A DNA stretch of 63,564 nt, filler included, from Octopus bimaculoides (GCF_001194135.2; 4 parts of 3 records of this genome joined end to end with filler, not necessarily neighbours in it); one strand, 5' to 3'. Shown: positions 12,059 through 25,603, counted from the whole stretch's first letter. Numbers and translations are program-made. The notes: generated by a model not told the origin, from the sequence alone.

Positions 12059-13153
12059 TGTAAGGGACGACCGTGCGAACTTAAAAAAGGAGATATGGTG
12101 ACGAATGGAAAAACAGAGGACTCCTTTTATTTATACGCGTCGCACGGTCGAACACAAAATAATATATATCAAAGGATGATATACATGATATGTTATGCGA
12201 CGATAACATAGATGACCAGTAATGAAAGACCACAACCGTATTAGATGAATAACAGAGATATTTATTGTAGCGTTAAAGATGTATGTCTGTGTGAGAGTGT
12301 GAATGTGACATAAAATAACATAATCAAAGACAGGCCGTCGTACAAAGAAAAGTATGTATGTGAGTGATACATGTATGTGTATGTGAGTTATTACAGCAAA
12401 TAGAAAGAGTCAATAACACGTGAGCAATTATACCAGTTCTTTAGTACACTCTAGGAAAAGTTCTGTATGTGAAGTTGGGGAGGCTGAGTGTGGAAGAGCT
12501 GATCACTAGTTGTGATGTCGTGGCATCGATGCCGGGCCGTGATTCTTGTTATACAGATGTTCGTCGCTGGCTGAGAACTCTTGTCTGTTTGTTATCGTGG
12601 TGAAGCTAAGTCACCTAACAGAATCGAAGAGAGAGAGGTGCCGCGGTGGTTTAGTGTACATAGTAAGTCGTGTAGACGCTGGTGGTGAAAAGGCTGCTTG
12701 GTAGTAATCGTGTTGGTCATGACAATGGTGCTGGTTAGTAGTCGTAGACTCATGCTGCTGATGTGGTGACGGCGGTGGTCATCGTTGGCTGGACGAAGCT
12801 GTTGAAGTGGTCGCTGGCTGATTGTTGCTACTGCTGTCGTGTGGTACATGGAACAGATCTCAAAGAGAAACTGGACTGAGACCAATTATTGGGTATGAGT
12901 TGATCTATTTAAGGCGTTTTATCACCTCCCGAATGCTTCAGTTTAATACTTTATCACGTGACCTTATTAGGGGCCGTGATTGGTCAGTTTGCGTTCTGGC
13001 GGGAAAGGTTCGAAGAATTTGCCGCTTCGAATATTAATCAGTCACGTGATGACAAGGTTGATGTTTTCCGCTACATCCGCGTTTGTTTATATTTAAATGA
13101 GAAGAATGGCGATAGTAGTTTTGTATCTAATGGCGGTAGGTAGTTTCACTACA
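12059..13153 (-). mobile_element. Solo LTR, 1095 bp, probably Ty3/Gypsy
   Basis: TGTA..TACA termini; 4-bp TSD ATAA (12055-58, 13154-57); CpG-rich. On the - strand, CCAAT motifs and a TATA-like taaatag lie near the 5' end and AATAAA (12126-31) near the 3' end. Confidence 0.85.
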
Positions 13154-13893
13154 ATAATGTATATACACACACCAGGTGTATTCATTCTTCCTAAGTTAAA
13201 GGCCATGGTAAGGTCATGTCTAACCTTTTAGTGTTTACATTGGTCATATCCAACCTCTCCTAGCTATCCTACAATGTCATTCTAAAAATAAAATAACCAT
13301 ATCATTGAAATGTCAGAGCTACAAGATTCATTAATTCAAAGCAATGTGAATAAATAAGTTTTACATGTGACAGAATAATCTGAATTCTAAAAGAGTTAAA
13401 GATGAATGCACTCATATATTTCTGTACAATCACTTGAAATATTTATTGCATTTATTGTTATGCAATGCTCTTCGTAAGTTTGTGAAGTGTTTACTTGGCT
13501 GATATTTCAACAATATTGACCTCAATAAGTTGTTGAACAGGAATATATTTAAATTAGTCATATTCACATTGTCAGTTATACAAATAAATAGTTTTTTTCT
13601 ATATCCATTGGCTACTCTACTAGTAACTTGGTTGGTTTCAGTAAATCATCTTATTAGATAAACTCAAACATAAACTTTTCTCTAAAATGTGGATCTTCTC
13701 ATTTGTTTTAGATGTGTTATAAATACTCAAATAGCTAGTTTACAATTTCTTACAATAGCAACAGCACATCCTCAATTGAATGATTATCAATTTCAAGTAT
13801 TATTTGATACTAACTTCGCAAAAAGAAAACAAAATAAATAAAAGAGAAAAAATTCTCTCACCAAAAAGTCACATATTGAATTATATAACACTT

Positions 13894-14336
13894 TTATAAC
13901 ATGATTTTTGTCTTTGGATAGCAACTGTTATTTCCTATTTGCTTACCCTTAGAAAGTATGAAAATTGGCTAATATTTCCTTCAAACTTTGCTTTTGTTAC
14001 ATTTATTCAAACCCCACCAAAATCTCTCTCAACACATGGTTATGATGTTGCCCACTACTCCTGCTCATGATCAGAGATGCACATATTGTCAGTCACTAAG
14101 GGACATGCTCAAGTCGTTAAGGTCAAGCAACTGACAAACAGATCTGTGGTATTGAGCAGAATATTTGCTATAACAATATTTCTGCTTCAGCAATTCAGCG
14201 CTGAATCTGTCTTAAATGTAATGGAAAATAGGTCAGTTTCAAAGCATTGATGTCCAGGTCACAAAAGCAAAGGTTGAAGAGAATAGTAGTCATTTCCTTT
14301 GATTTCTAGATAGAAGCAAATAGGAAATAACACTGA
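13894..14336 (+). mobile_element. Dispersed repeat family D, near full copy with about 19-bp inverted repeats
   Basis: tgttatttcctatttgctt near 13925 is the reverse complement of aagcaaataggaaataaca near 14314; two other copies in the window. Confidence 0.8.
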
Positions 14337-14876
14337 NNNNNNNNNNCAAAAAAAAAAAAAAAAAGAATTGTTACACAGTGTAATCAATTTCTTCCTTCTC
14401 ACTAGCTCTCTGACTCACCCATCTCTCCTTTCATCACTTTTTCTATTCAACTACTACCCCCAAACTCACCAGTTCTCCCAGTCCTTACTCTCCAGAGCAT
14501 CAATCTTCTTAAATTTATCTGCAAGGTTGTTCAAACTAGACATTAAATGTATTAATCTCCTTTGTCATGGCGGTCCTATAAAGAACATAAGTATTGACTC
14601 TTCTTGGATAAGCTATAAAATCAGAAGAGGACAATAAAACCTTGCAACTGTGTAGATTTGTAAATGTGTTTGGTTATCTTTGGGTCGTTATCTTTGAGAT
14701 TCTTCACAGTTCTTCTTCATCACAGAATTCAAATTTAGCCATTAAGAAAGAGACAAGGCTTTTTTGTTTGAGTTAAGACTGTTCTAATGGCTTATGAATG
14801 TGTGAGTGAAAGTATGTATGTATGTATGTGTATATATATATATATATATGCAGGTGAATGTGTTGATATACTTGTG

Positions 14877-14942
<66 letters not shown>

Positions 14943-15581
14943 ATGTATGTACATTTGTACATACGTATGTATGTATATATGTATGTATGCATGTATGTAG
15001 GTGCATGTGTTCAAGTGGTTTGTGATTAGGTAAACAAATTAGTGTGTGCATATATGCAGCATGTGTTGATCTATTTGTGGCAATGTGAGCTAGTTCATGA
15101 ATATATGTAACTGTATGCCTCAATATATTTGTGCTCATACCATAGATGAACATGTGTCTATTCAAGTTTTATTTTTCGAATTTCTCACCAATAAATAAAA
15201 CTGGTTTTTATGTCAGTAACAAAGTTCTTTCATTAAAATTGAGTCAACAACAATGGGGTAGTCATATATGATAGAATACATGTATGTATGTATATAATTA
15301 TGTGGCTATGTATGTGTGTGTATGTACATATGGATGTATGTGTGTGTGTGTGTTTGATAATTTAGTTTTATTTCAAGATTTATTGCCAATAGGGAAAGAG
15401 CTGGTTTCTAACCTAGATCCAAGGCTCCTTCATTGGAATTTCAACAATATCAACAGGGTACTTTTGCATGTATGTATGTATGTATGTATGTATGTACGTA
15501 CGTATGTGTGCAGATTTGTATATTTTGTTTTATGTATGCCTTCTCATGCATATATTTATTTATTTATTTATTTATTTATTT

Positions 15582-15990
15582 ATGTGTTTCAGCCAAGTGG
15601 CTGCGGTCAGGCATGTTCATATATACTTAAATGATAAACTTCTGGAAAGTTTTACAGATTTTTACAGTTCCAGTGATGCATTGGATCTATAGTCTTCAAA
15701 TCAGCTTTCTCCTTTCTGGTTTTGAGTAGCCTAATTTCTCAAGATTGGTATTTAGGCAGTGTGTTACATATTCCAGTGCCCCCATAATTACAGGTATAAA
15801 CCTGAACTTATAATCTGGATAGAGTAACTGCAAATTTCTCAATAGTTCAGTTTAAATATTTTGTTATATTAACATCCGCTGAGCAGTTAATTTTCACAAC
15901 TGTACACAGTTTCCCTTCTTTTTCCCAAATTATTATGTCAGGTCTATTGTGTTTACATTATACTGAGGTTTTCACTGGAACATTACACTA
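15582..15990 (-). mobile_element. 3' end of an RLE-type non-LTR retrotransposon with (TAAA)n tail
   Basis: Minus strand NRPDIIIWEKEGKLCTVVKINCSADVN and YPDYKFRFIPVIMGALEYV..LEKLGYS; followed by (TAAA)n (plus-strand tttatttattta, about 15550-15581). Confidence 0.75.
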
Positions 15991-16999
15991 GTGTTCCTGT
16001 ATGTGAGACAGGAAAAATCGCATGCCTTACTATATACACAATGGTTTATATGAAGGAGAGTGGAGGCCTACACAGATGCTAATATCCTGGAGCCACATAC
16101 ACCCCACATGCATACTGTTCCACACACTGCTCCACATATATAGAAACCCCTACACACACTGCCCCACAAACATCTCCCCCACCTTCACCAAAATACATTA
16201 TGACAACTCGCAGCGGTCGTCATGTCCATTGGCCTGAGAGATTTTGTGAAACTATTTGTTTATGAACTGGCCCTAAGTGCATTTAACTGCCTTCTATTTG
16301 TATGCTTGTTTTTTTTCTTAACGCATTCATGCTGTTTTCTTTTTCCAGTGTTTGAACATTTGGTGACTTCTCATGTATGCAATGTATTTTTTCTTTTGCC
16401 ACTGTTTGGAATATATTGCGTTGTATTTTTTCCTTCCTTTGCTTTGCATTTTTCTCCTTCCTCTTTCTTGTTTATATTGACTTGCTGTCTGCAGTGGGGT
16501 AGAATAGCAAGACAGGAATGATCTATTTTGTTACTGTGACATAGTTCAGTTGTGCTGTGGAAGATTCCATCCAATCAGAGCTGGAGGCATATGAATAAAA
16601 CAGCAGTGATCTGCTTTATCTGAAGGAACTCACTACAGTAGCAAAGTGGCAGTTGCAAACTAGTTGCAGATTTGACAGCATAGAAGCAGCATTGCTTTCT
16701 TTGACTTGTCACATTTTCTGTGTCCATTACGTATGTGTTGATATGTTGGCTTTCTTTTGAAATCTATTTTTCCCAGAATTCAAGCCAGTCATAACAAAAT
16801 GACAAAGTTTTTGTGCTTTAACCATGACAGTTCCAAGTATTTATGAATAACTGAACTGTACAGTCAGATACTAGTTATGTGTGCCTATACTTGCATATAT
16901 GTGGTGGGATGCATGTCTCTATACTACACAAGTATTTGTGTTTCACTACTCTTTATGTATATATATGTGCCATATGCATATATATTAACTGTGTACATA

Positions 17000-17880
17000 T
17001 GTTCATTCTGTCAAACTGAGATAGAGAAACCTTGGAATGTTTTAAGATAATTTTGCCATAGAACAAACCAGTCAGATTTGTAGGATGCAATTCAGTTTTC
17101 TTTGTTCCTCTTGGTAAAACCTTGGCATTTTCAGGCTTTTTAGCAAATCTGTTAATAAGCACAGAGGAAAAATTTATAGCCTAGATACAAATTCATTAAG
17201 TTCCTCACTAGTTCACAATAGATGTTCTTTTTTTCTGCAAGTTTAGATGAGGCATCCACATCTTACAAGCAGCTGACCTCTACATCAGTGCATGGTTATT
17301 GTTCCCTGTTCAATAGAATAATATTAGGTGGGTTGTATTTGCACTTGGTGGCTGTTATTATTGGAATATTCCACTTGTATTCCTTAATATTAAAAGTATG
17401 GAAACATTATACTTCTGTTGTAATTTTTGTATGACTATTGGTGTTGCAGATCTTCAAGTCATTTGCCTCACAGAATTCCATGAATCTTGTTCCTTTCTCA
17501 TTTCTTTCATTGAAGCCTTGACATCCATACACCCCCTGGGATCCATCAAGAGTAATACCCAACATGTTCATTGAAGTCACCAATCATGAAAATGAAATCA
17601 CTGTCATCAAGGTAACCTGTAAGAGGACTTCATAAACTAGGTCCTTCTGATCATCTGCTAGTACAGATTGAGGAGCATAGGCAGAATAAATGCAATTGTT
17701 GATTTATCTTAGTGTAGTCATCACTTAACTATGCTATCACACACTCTGACAAATTCAATTACTTTAGCTACCCATTTTTTAATACTAAAAGTATGCTTAT
17801 GCCATCTACTCTGTCACTATCACCTACCCACCAAAATTTGTACTGATGTTTTTTACCAGTTAGGTATCTAACTGAGGTAC
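17000..17880 (-). mobile_element. RTE-clade LINE remnant, AP-endonuclease region
   Basis: Minus strand fragments AYAPQS, MIGDFNEHVG, RNEKGTRFMEFCEANDLKICNT, AKVLP; many stops. Confidence 0.75.
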
Positions 17881-18924
17881 CCCTTCATTTTACCTCTGTC
17901 ACACAGCACATGTCTCTGTGTCTTTCCCCTTATATTTGAATAATCTCACCAGTGTTACTTTCATGTGGTCACAGTAAGAAAGGTTGACATGATGTTTCCA
18001 CTCTGATCATTTGTTGTGTAGCAATGTTCAAGCAAGGCCTGCAATTGAGCATTGCTCTTATACGTCTACTGCTACTACCACTTCACACAAACATTCTGAA
18101 GCACACCCAAAAGATAACCAATCAACTGATTGACAATAACTCACCAATTCATATTTTATTACTTAATGCTGATGGTGTTCATCTCAACACAGTGTTTGGG
18201 ACCAGTTTGGCTATTTCTGTGTGTTGTATGTTCTTTATGTTTGCCTAGCAGAAATAGTGTTTACAGGATGTGGTTATAATAATATTCTGGAGTATTGTAT
18301 ATGTGTCTGGTTGTTTGTATGAAGTTTTTCCTGAAACGACAGAGTGTGTGAGATTTATAATTTACTGTGGCAACACCCTCACGTGTCTAATAAGTGTTTC
18401 ATATATTACATTATTGTATTGGTTGTGGCATGTGTACAACTTTTATAGTAAGAAATACTGTGTTGATCTTTTGTAGTTTATTGTGATTTGTTGGCATTGT
18501 CTATGTTAATCAAATGTGAAAGTTGGTAGACTTTTGTCATTTCTGTTTGTCAAATGTGGGAGTTGTAATTGTTCTAAGCAGGTTTTTGTAAACTTTTCCT
18601 CTTTGGTGGTGGCAATTGTGTTGTTGCTGCTGTTGTTGTTGTGTATTCCCGAATTCCACCACCACTATTCTGTTATAAGGGAATATATCCACAGGAAAAA
18701 GTAAGCTGTAGTTATTATTGCTGTTTAGCCTCAGGTCAACTCTGATCCAGTGGAGTTAAGATCAAAGAGATATTCCAGCTATAATCATCTCTTTTTCTGA
18801 CTGTTCATTTATAACTATAGTATCCAAAGTATCCTTCCTGCTTTTATGATGTTAGGGTGATATCTGAGGGAGATTTGGCTGCTGTTTCTAGCTTGTTATG
18901 AAACCAAAATGGTTCCTATTTTGA

Positions 18925-19320
18925 GTGAAAGGTCGCAATATCGGAAGGTGTGTGCAAGACAGGTCTCATGAATTCTCACAGAAGACCATAAACAGCAACT
19001 CACCTTATAGTCTGGACTTGGCACCCAGTGACTACCACCTCTTCCCTAAGTTGAAAGAATATTTGGCCAGAACGCGCTTCAGAAAAATGACAAGGTCAAA
19101 GATGAAGTTCAACACTTCCTCAATGACATGGCAGTGAGCTGGTATGACATGGGCATACAAAAACTGCCCCAGCGCCTACAAGAATGCATTGACCGAAATG
19201 GCGATTACATAGAAAAATAGATAAATGTTCAAACTTTAAAATGATGTAAACATCATTCACAATAAACGTTTCTGTGATTTCTAAATATTCTTGGAGAACT
19301 TACTTTTGGGATCACCCTTG
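18925..19320 (+). mobile_element. Mariner 3' fragment with right TIR
   Basis: PYSLDLAPSDYHLFPKLKEYLA..GIQKLPQRLQECIDRNGDYIEK*, ending cttacttttgggatcacccttg-TA. Confidence 0.9.
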
Positions 19321-20046
19321 TATAAAAGACTTCTAATCTTTATGGGTCATTTAAGGGCTGGTATTTGGCTGCATCTTATATGACGATAAGGGCTGTACTT
19401 GGAGTTGAAACAATTTTAAACTATGGAATAAACGTAATGTCACATGCTCCACTCTTCACTTATCATTTATACTCCCCAATGGAAGTTAACCTTACAGATT
19501 TTCTGTTTGTTTGAAACCTAAGTTCCTATGGGAGATATTCTTTATACAATTTCAGATAACAGCCAATAATGTATATGCCACCTGAAGCAAACATCAGAAT
19601 AATGTTATCCCTCCTTGTTTACTATTTGTATGCATAACTATATGTATACCACCACCACCACCACCACCATTTTAATGTTCCCTTTTCCATCTCTCATGAG
19701 TTGGTTAGAATTTATTACGGGAGATTTTTTACACTTGGATGCTCTTGCTGTTACCAACATTTACTTGTCTCAAAGTAAAGTAAATTCTCACATGACATGA
19801 TTTCATAGATGATTAGGAATGAACTTGTGATGTTAAGACAAGGAGACACTAACGCACATATACACGCATGCACAAACACCCGACACACCAAAGCACATAT
19901 ATACATATTTAGTTTTATTTAACCACATTTTTCCGAGTTCAGTCCCATTTGCATGCCACCTTGGACAAATGTCTTGTACTATAACCTCAGGTTGACCAAA
20001 GCCTTGTGAATGGATTTGGGAGACAGAAATTGAAGGAAGGTAGCCA

Positions 20047-20108
<62 letters not shown>

Positions 20109-20112
20109 TATA

Positions 20113-20890
20113 TCATCATCATCATCACTATCATCATTTAATGTCTGCTTTCCATGCTAGCATAGGTTAGACGGTTTGACTGGAACTGGTAAGCCAGAGG
20201 GCTGCACCAGGTTCCAGTCTGATATAGCATGGTTTCAATGGTTGGATGCCCTTTCTAACATCAACCACTCAAGAAAGTAATGGGTTCTTTTCATATGCCA
20301 CTGGCACAGGTTCCATTTGCATGACTACCATTTCACTTGGCTTGATGAGTCTTCTCAAGCACAGCATATTGTCAAAGGTTTCGGTCACTTGTCAGTGCCT
20401 CCATGGGGCCTGTCATTTGAAGATTATAGTTCACAACCTTGTCCTATTTCTTTTTGGGTTTACCTCATCTACAGGTTCCCTCCACAGTTAGAGTTCAGCT
20501 CTTCTTTATACAGCTGTTCTCGTCCATATGCATTACATGACCATACCAATGCATTCATCTCTCTTGCACACCACATCTGATGCCTCTTATGCTCAGTTTT
20601 TCTCTCATGACATTTACGCTCCGTTGTACATGCACACTGACATTGCACATTCAGCAAAGCAAACTGGCTTCATTTCTTTCAAGCCTTCTCTTGTCCTCTG
20701 CAGTTATAGCCCAAATTTCACTGCCAGGAAATGTGGGCTGTGACACACAGGCATCATACAATCTGTCTTTCATTCTGAGGGAGAGACCCTATGCTACCAA
20801 CAGAAGTAGAAACTCTCTGAACTTTGCCCAACCTATTCCTATTTTAGCAGCTACACTCTCAGAGCATCCACCTCCATTGCTGACTTAGTC
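20113..20890 (-). mobile_element. RTE LINE 3' portion (RT C-terminus plus tail)
   Basis: Minus strand KIGIGWAKFRE..DRLYDACV..GSEIWA..RRLERNEASLL..WYGHVMHM; ends in the (ATG)n tail at about 20113. Confidence 0.85.
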
Positions 20891-21169
20891 TCCTAGATAA
20901 CGGATATTATCAGCTATTTCTAGGTATTCCTATTTTCTGTACATTTCTAGAGTTTATTGTACCTGTACATCTGTCAGGCATAAAGACTATTTTCCCTGTT
21001 AACCTTCCTCTGATATTGCTGCATCTCTTATATACATACATACATACATACATACATACATACATGCATACATACATACATATATACGTATGTACATACG
21101 TACGTATGTATGTATATGCATATATGTATGTATGTGTATGTATAGTACACATCTATTTGTGTGTGTGTG

Positions 21170-21209
<40 letters not shown>

Positions 21210-21474
21210 TGTGTATGTGTGTGTGTCTTTGTGTCTGTGTTTGTCTTCCATCCCTGCTTGGCAACTAGTGTTGGTGTGTTCATGCCCATTTATTCCCTCA
21301 TAACTTAGTGGTTTGACAAAAGAGACCAACTGAATAAGTACTGAGCATAAAGAAATGTAAGTACTGGAGTCAGTACTTTGTCAAATGCCTGAAACAAATA
21401 AAGGATAAAAGATAAACGATAAAATATAGCATTATCTCATTTTTATTTCATTGAGATAATTCAAGAAGGGAGTA

Positions 21475-21750
21475 GAATGAATGACGTGGTCGCAGAATAC
21501 CAAAAGCACAAGTTTCACTGGGCTGGACATATCACAATGTTCGCAGACAATAAATGCAGACATCGAGACATTGAGACAATAAATGCAGACATTGAGTGGT
21601 ATCCAGGAGATTGGAAAAGGCCACTCAGAAGGTCAGAAGACAATTTAGTTTAAAGATTTGGGTCAAGATGAAAAGGAATGATGCAATTAAGAAAGGACTG
21701 GAAGAACATTGTGATCAGCTAGGTATTACGACATCTGATTGCCTGATCAA
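21475..21750 (+). mobile_element. RTE/BovB-like LINE C-terminal fragment
   Basis: KFHWAGHITMFADNK..EWYPGDWKRPL motif. Confidence 0.65.
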
Positions 21751-21776
21751 TACAGTGATACAGTGATATATATATA

Positions 21777-21978
21777 TGTTGTGTGGAAGTAGAACACCCC
21801 TATTTGGTTGGCTCCTAATGGACTGTGCCCCAATACAAATGGAGTTGGTGAGCTGTGTAAAGTCAAGAGTTGTGTATTGTTGAGTGTAATTACAAGTATT
21901 GTGTATGTTGAGTAGAATGACTTGTGAGGACGTTATTTATTATGCTGTTATATTGTATGTCAAACGTGCGATGCAACA
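21777..21978 (-). mobile_element. Short putative solo LTR (202 bp)
   Basis: TGTTG..CAACA termini; ATATA on both sides (weak, since it lies in a TA run); AATAAA on the - strand. Confidence 0.5.
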
Positions 21979-22406
21979 ATATATATAATCCTTATTGCCA
22001 TCCTCATCATCCTTTTTAATGTCTGTCTTCTGAGCTGGCACAAGCTGGATGCTTCAACAAGATCTCACAGATCAGAGGACTGCATCATTCTTCAATGTCT
22101 GCTTTAGAATGGTTTCTACAGCTGGATGCTTTTCGTAATTTCAAATACTTACCAGAATGAATTGAGTGCTTTTTCATTTTTTCATGGCATCAGTACTAGT
22201 GAGGTTGCTATGTAGCTCATAAGACTAAAATCCCCATCTAGTGGGGCCACAGTAGAGGAGGCAGCTTTATGCTAGGTGATGAACAGCTAAACTATAAAGG
22301 AAGGGGAAAAACAGGCTTCTTGCAATCAAAGATATACATGGCTGCTCACATTATACATAAGTAGTTGCAGAATTGCAGAGAGGGAGTAATTGCTATGGAA
22401 CTGAAC

Positions 22407-22460
<54 letters not shown>

Positions 22461-22472
22461 ATGATGTATATA

Positions 22473-22715
22473 CAGGGTACACTGGGTAAGTTGTTGCCAT
22501 TTTATATTTTTCATTTTGAACATGCACATCATTTGTTTTTGATTTTGTCAACTAATTGGGCACCGTCTGTGAGAAAAACAGCACCATGACACGATTCACT
22601 CAGCCAGAAATTTGGAAACGACATGCTGTACTGCTTAGCATTCACACTGGAAGCTTCAATACAAACATTTCAGAATGTTCAGGTGTCAATATGAGGAGAG
22701 TGCAATCTGAGAATA
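22473..22715 (+). mobile_element. Tc1/mariner-superfamily 5' fragment (left TIR plus HTH N-terminus)
   Basis: TA-cagggtac.. start; ATG 22586 gives MTRFTQPEIWKRHAVLLSIHTGSFNTNISECSGVNMRRVQS. Confidence 0.6.
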
Positions 22716-23887
22716 TGTACTGAGAGTGATAAAAATTCATGCATGTTGGGTCTGGGGCTGAATAAATATAAACATATATGTGAATTTGACTTGCCTAAAT
22801 TTGATTCTTACTTCTATATATATATATGTACATGTATCTTTACATGGTTTAATTATGTGGGTTTTTAAGAAGCAAGACATATCAATCTTTAGGATGCCTG
22901 AAATGGCTAGGTATGATCACATAAAGCTCACAGTGAAATAAAACCACATTGAAGACCTTCAAGTGTTGGCAGGATACTGCAGATATGCAAATACCAAATC
23001 CAATTTATAAACATAGATCCAACTCACGAGTGGGTCCTTGGTGTGGTGTAGGTATAAAAGTAAGAACCATTTGTGTTTACCTTTTTTTATTATATATTCT
23101 CATATGCAGAAGCAATTTATAAATTTCATAAAAATACCTTGCTTATCAGAAAGAAATATTACATTGTTAAGTGTAACATACATGTGTGTATGTATGGGTA
23201 TGTGTGGTGTGGTGTGNNNNNNNNNNNNNNNNNNNNNNNNNNNNNNNNNNNNNNNNNNNNNNNNNNNNNNNNNNNNNNNNNNNNNNNNNNNNNNNNNNNN
23301 NNNNNNNNNNGTGTGTGTGTGTGTGTGTGTGTGGATGTATACAGTTTATAAACATTTTAGTTTGTCCCGACTAACATTTTAAGCACATTACTCAAAACAG
23401 AACTAAATCCTGGCTGGAATTTCCATTTATGATTGTTTAGTTATTTGATCAATTAAAGTATAAAGTGTACTTAATAATCACATTGTACTCCACAGGCTAT
23501 CATGTAACTCCTCTGCATTTAAACTGGTTATATCTAGCCCAATTGTTCTTCTTGTTTTATGCTCAAACTAGCCAGATCTAGCTTCCCATACTTACCTTGC
23601 TGAGTCATTCTAAAAGTAAACAATCATATCATCAAAATCTCAAAGCGACAAGATAATGTATGATCAATTTAAAACAATGTGAATAAATAAGTATTACATT
23701 TGACAGAAATATCCGAACATTAAAGGGTTAATGTAATTCTCTGGTGGAATCACCTTAGAGCAGAACAGGCACATACTACCCACCCACTCTTTGTTACTTT
23801 CCTCCTTTCCTCTCTCTTCACAGCACCACTTCCATTCCTCATTATCTTTTTTCAGTGATGTCCCTTGTTTTCTGTACTCCATCCTTG

Positions 23888-24447
23888 GGATCTTTTTTAA
23901 AACGGGGGCCACATTTTTCATTAATGTTTTACGTAGTGTTTTTGGTACCGAAAGACTTTCAAACTTCGTATACTTATCTATTTTGTGTTATAGAACAGAA
24001 AAATATTTTTGTATTCGAATTTATTTCATGTAAAAAATTGTCTTATTTCGATAATTTCAACCAATCACTGACAAGTATTCAGTTGTTTACATTTACTCCT
24101 TTGGCTGATTAAGCGGTGTAAAGCGTATTTAATTTCCATAGCTTCGTTTTGCTTTTTTCTTTTTAAATTTGCTGTTTTACCCTAACCCTAACCCTATCAC
24201 CGATAGAATTGTTTCAGAATCGTTTGTTTATGTAGTCGGCACTTAATGTATATCGGCTGAATGGACGTCAGTGATTGGTTGAAATTACAGAAATACGACA
24301 ACTTTAACATGGAATAACTTAGGGATTTCTTTTTTTTTTAAAGAAGACTAAGAGAAAAAGATGTTTTATATGATACATTCTACCAGTGTTCCAAGTTTCA
24401 AAGTGTTTCGTTAATGAAAAATGTGGCCCCCGTTTTAAAAAAGATCC
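23888..24447. mobile_element. 560-bp MITE with 37-bp perfect TIRs and 8-bp TSD (Merlin-like)
   Basis: TIR GGATCTTTTTTAAAACGGGGGCCACATTTTTCATTAA at 23888-23924, reverse complement at 24411-24447; TSD CATCCTTG at 23880-87 and 24448-55. Confidence 0.85.
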
Positions 24448-25366
24448 CATCCTTGCACTTCTTTCAACCTCTATCTCTCCCAATGCCCTCACATATTTAA
24501 CATAACTCCCCTTCCTCTGAGCCACTCTGATATCTCCCATTCAATTACTACAGCTACTTCTAAGCTATCTAACTCTCTCCCTTCATATTCTTATGAAATA
24601 TTCCCATCTGTCCCTGCACCAGCTCCAATCCTCTGTATTACTTCACCAATATTCTCCCCCACTGTGCCTTGAGGGTATGTACTGACACATATATTCACCA
24701 CCATCTCTCCCATTCTCTCCTTCTCTATCTTCCTGTCTAAGTGTCCTTCTCTGTTCTTCTCCAACTGGGATATCCTTGTATCTCTTCTACAGCATCTTTA
24801 TCCCTCTATTACTCTTTTAACCTTTCATCAACTGGCACAAAGCCACCTCTCTCAATATTACTGCCCCAGTTGAGGGGACTTTGTCTTGTCTTGCAACTTA
24901 TTTGGTAATTTCACTGGTGCTGGTGCCAGTACAACAAAAAAAAACACCCAGCACATTCTGTAAAATGGTTGGCATTAGGAAGGGCATCCAGCCATAGAAA
25001 CCATGCCAAAACAGATAACAGAACTTGGCATAGCTCTGGCTTGCGAGATGTTGTCAAACCATCCAACCAATGCCACCATAGAGAACAGACATTTAATGAT
25101 GATGATGATAATGATGATGATGAGATGATGATGATGATGATGATGATGATGTCTCAACATAACTGGATCTTTAAATTGCAAGTGCAATTCATCTGACAGG
25201 CTTCCATAGAGTTTCTTCCCAATTTCACTTACAAGGCAGAGATTGATCCAAGGTAAGAATAAATGACATTTGCCAAAGATGCCATGAAATAGAATTGAAA
25301 TAGGAACCTCATGATTATGATACATTCTATATAGTAAGATTTAAACAATATGAAGCAATTATTATT

Positions 25367-25565
25367 GGGGCTGGCAGAAACATTAGCACATTGGTATTTC
25401 TTTCAGCTCTTTATATTATTCTGAGTTCAAATCCTGCCAAGGTCAACTCTGCCTTTCATCCTTTTGAGGCCAATAAAATAAAGTACTAGTCAAGTACTGG
25501 GGTCGATGTAATTGACTTGCTCTCTTCCCCTCATAATTACTGGCCTTGTGCCAAAATCTGAAAGA

Positions 25566-25603
<38 letters not shown>

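Noticed and set aside
16953-17162. Minus-strand host exon FAKKPENAKVLP with a strong acceptor
   Set aside because: It is contiguous with the RTE endonuclease remnant and resembles its downstream AKVIP motif.
18050-18650. Second Penelope-like remnant on the minus strand
   Set aside because: Only faint motif echoes; too degraded to call without a profile search.
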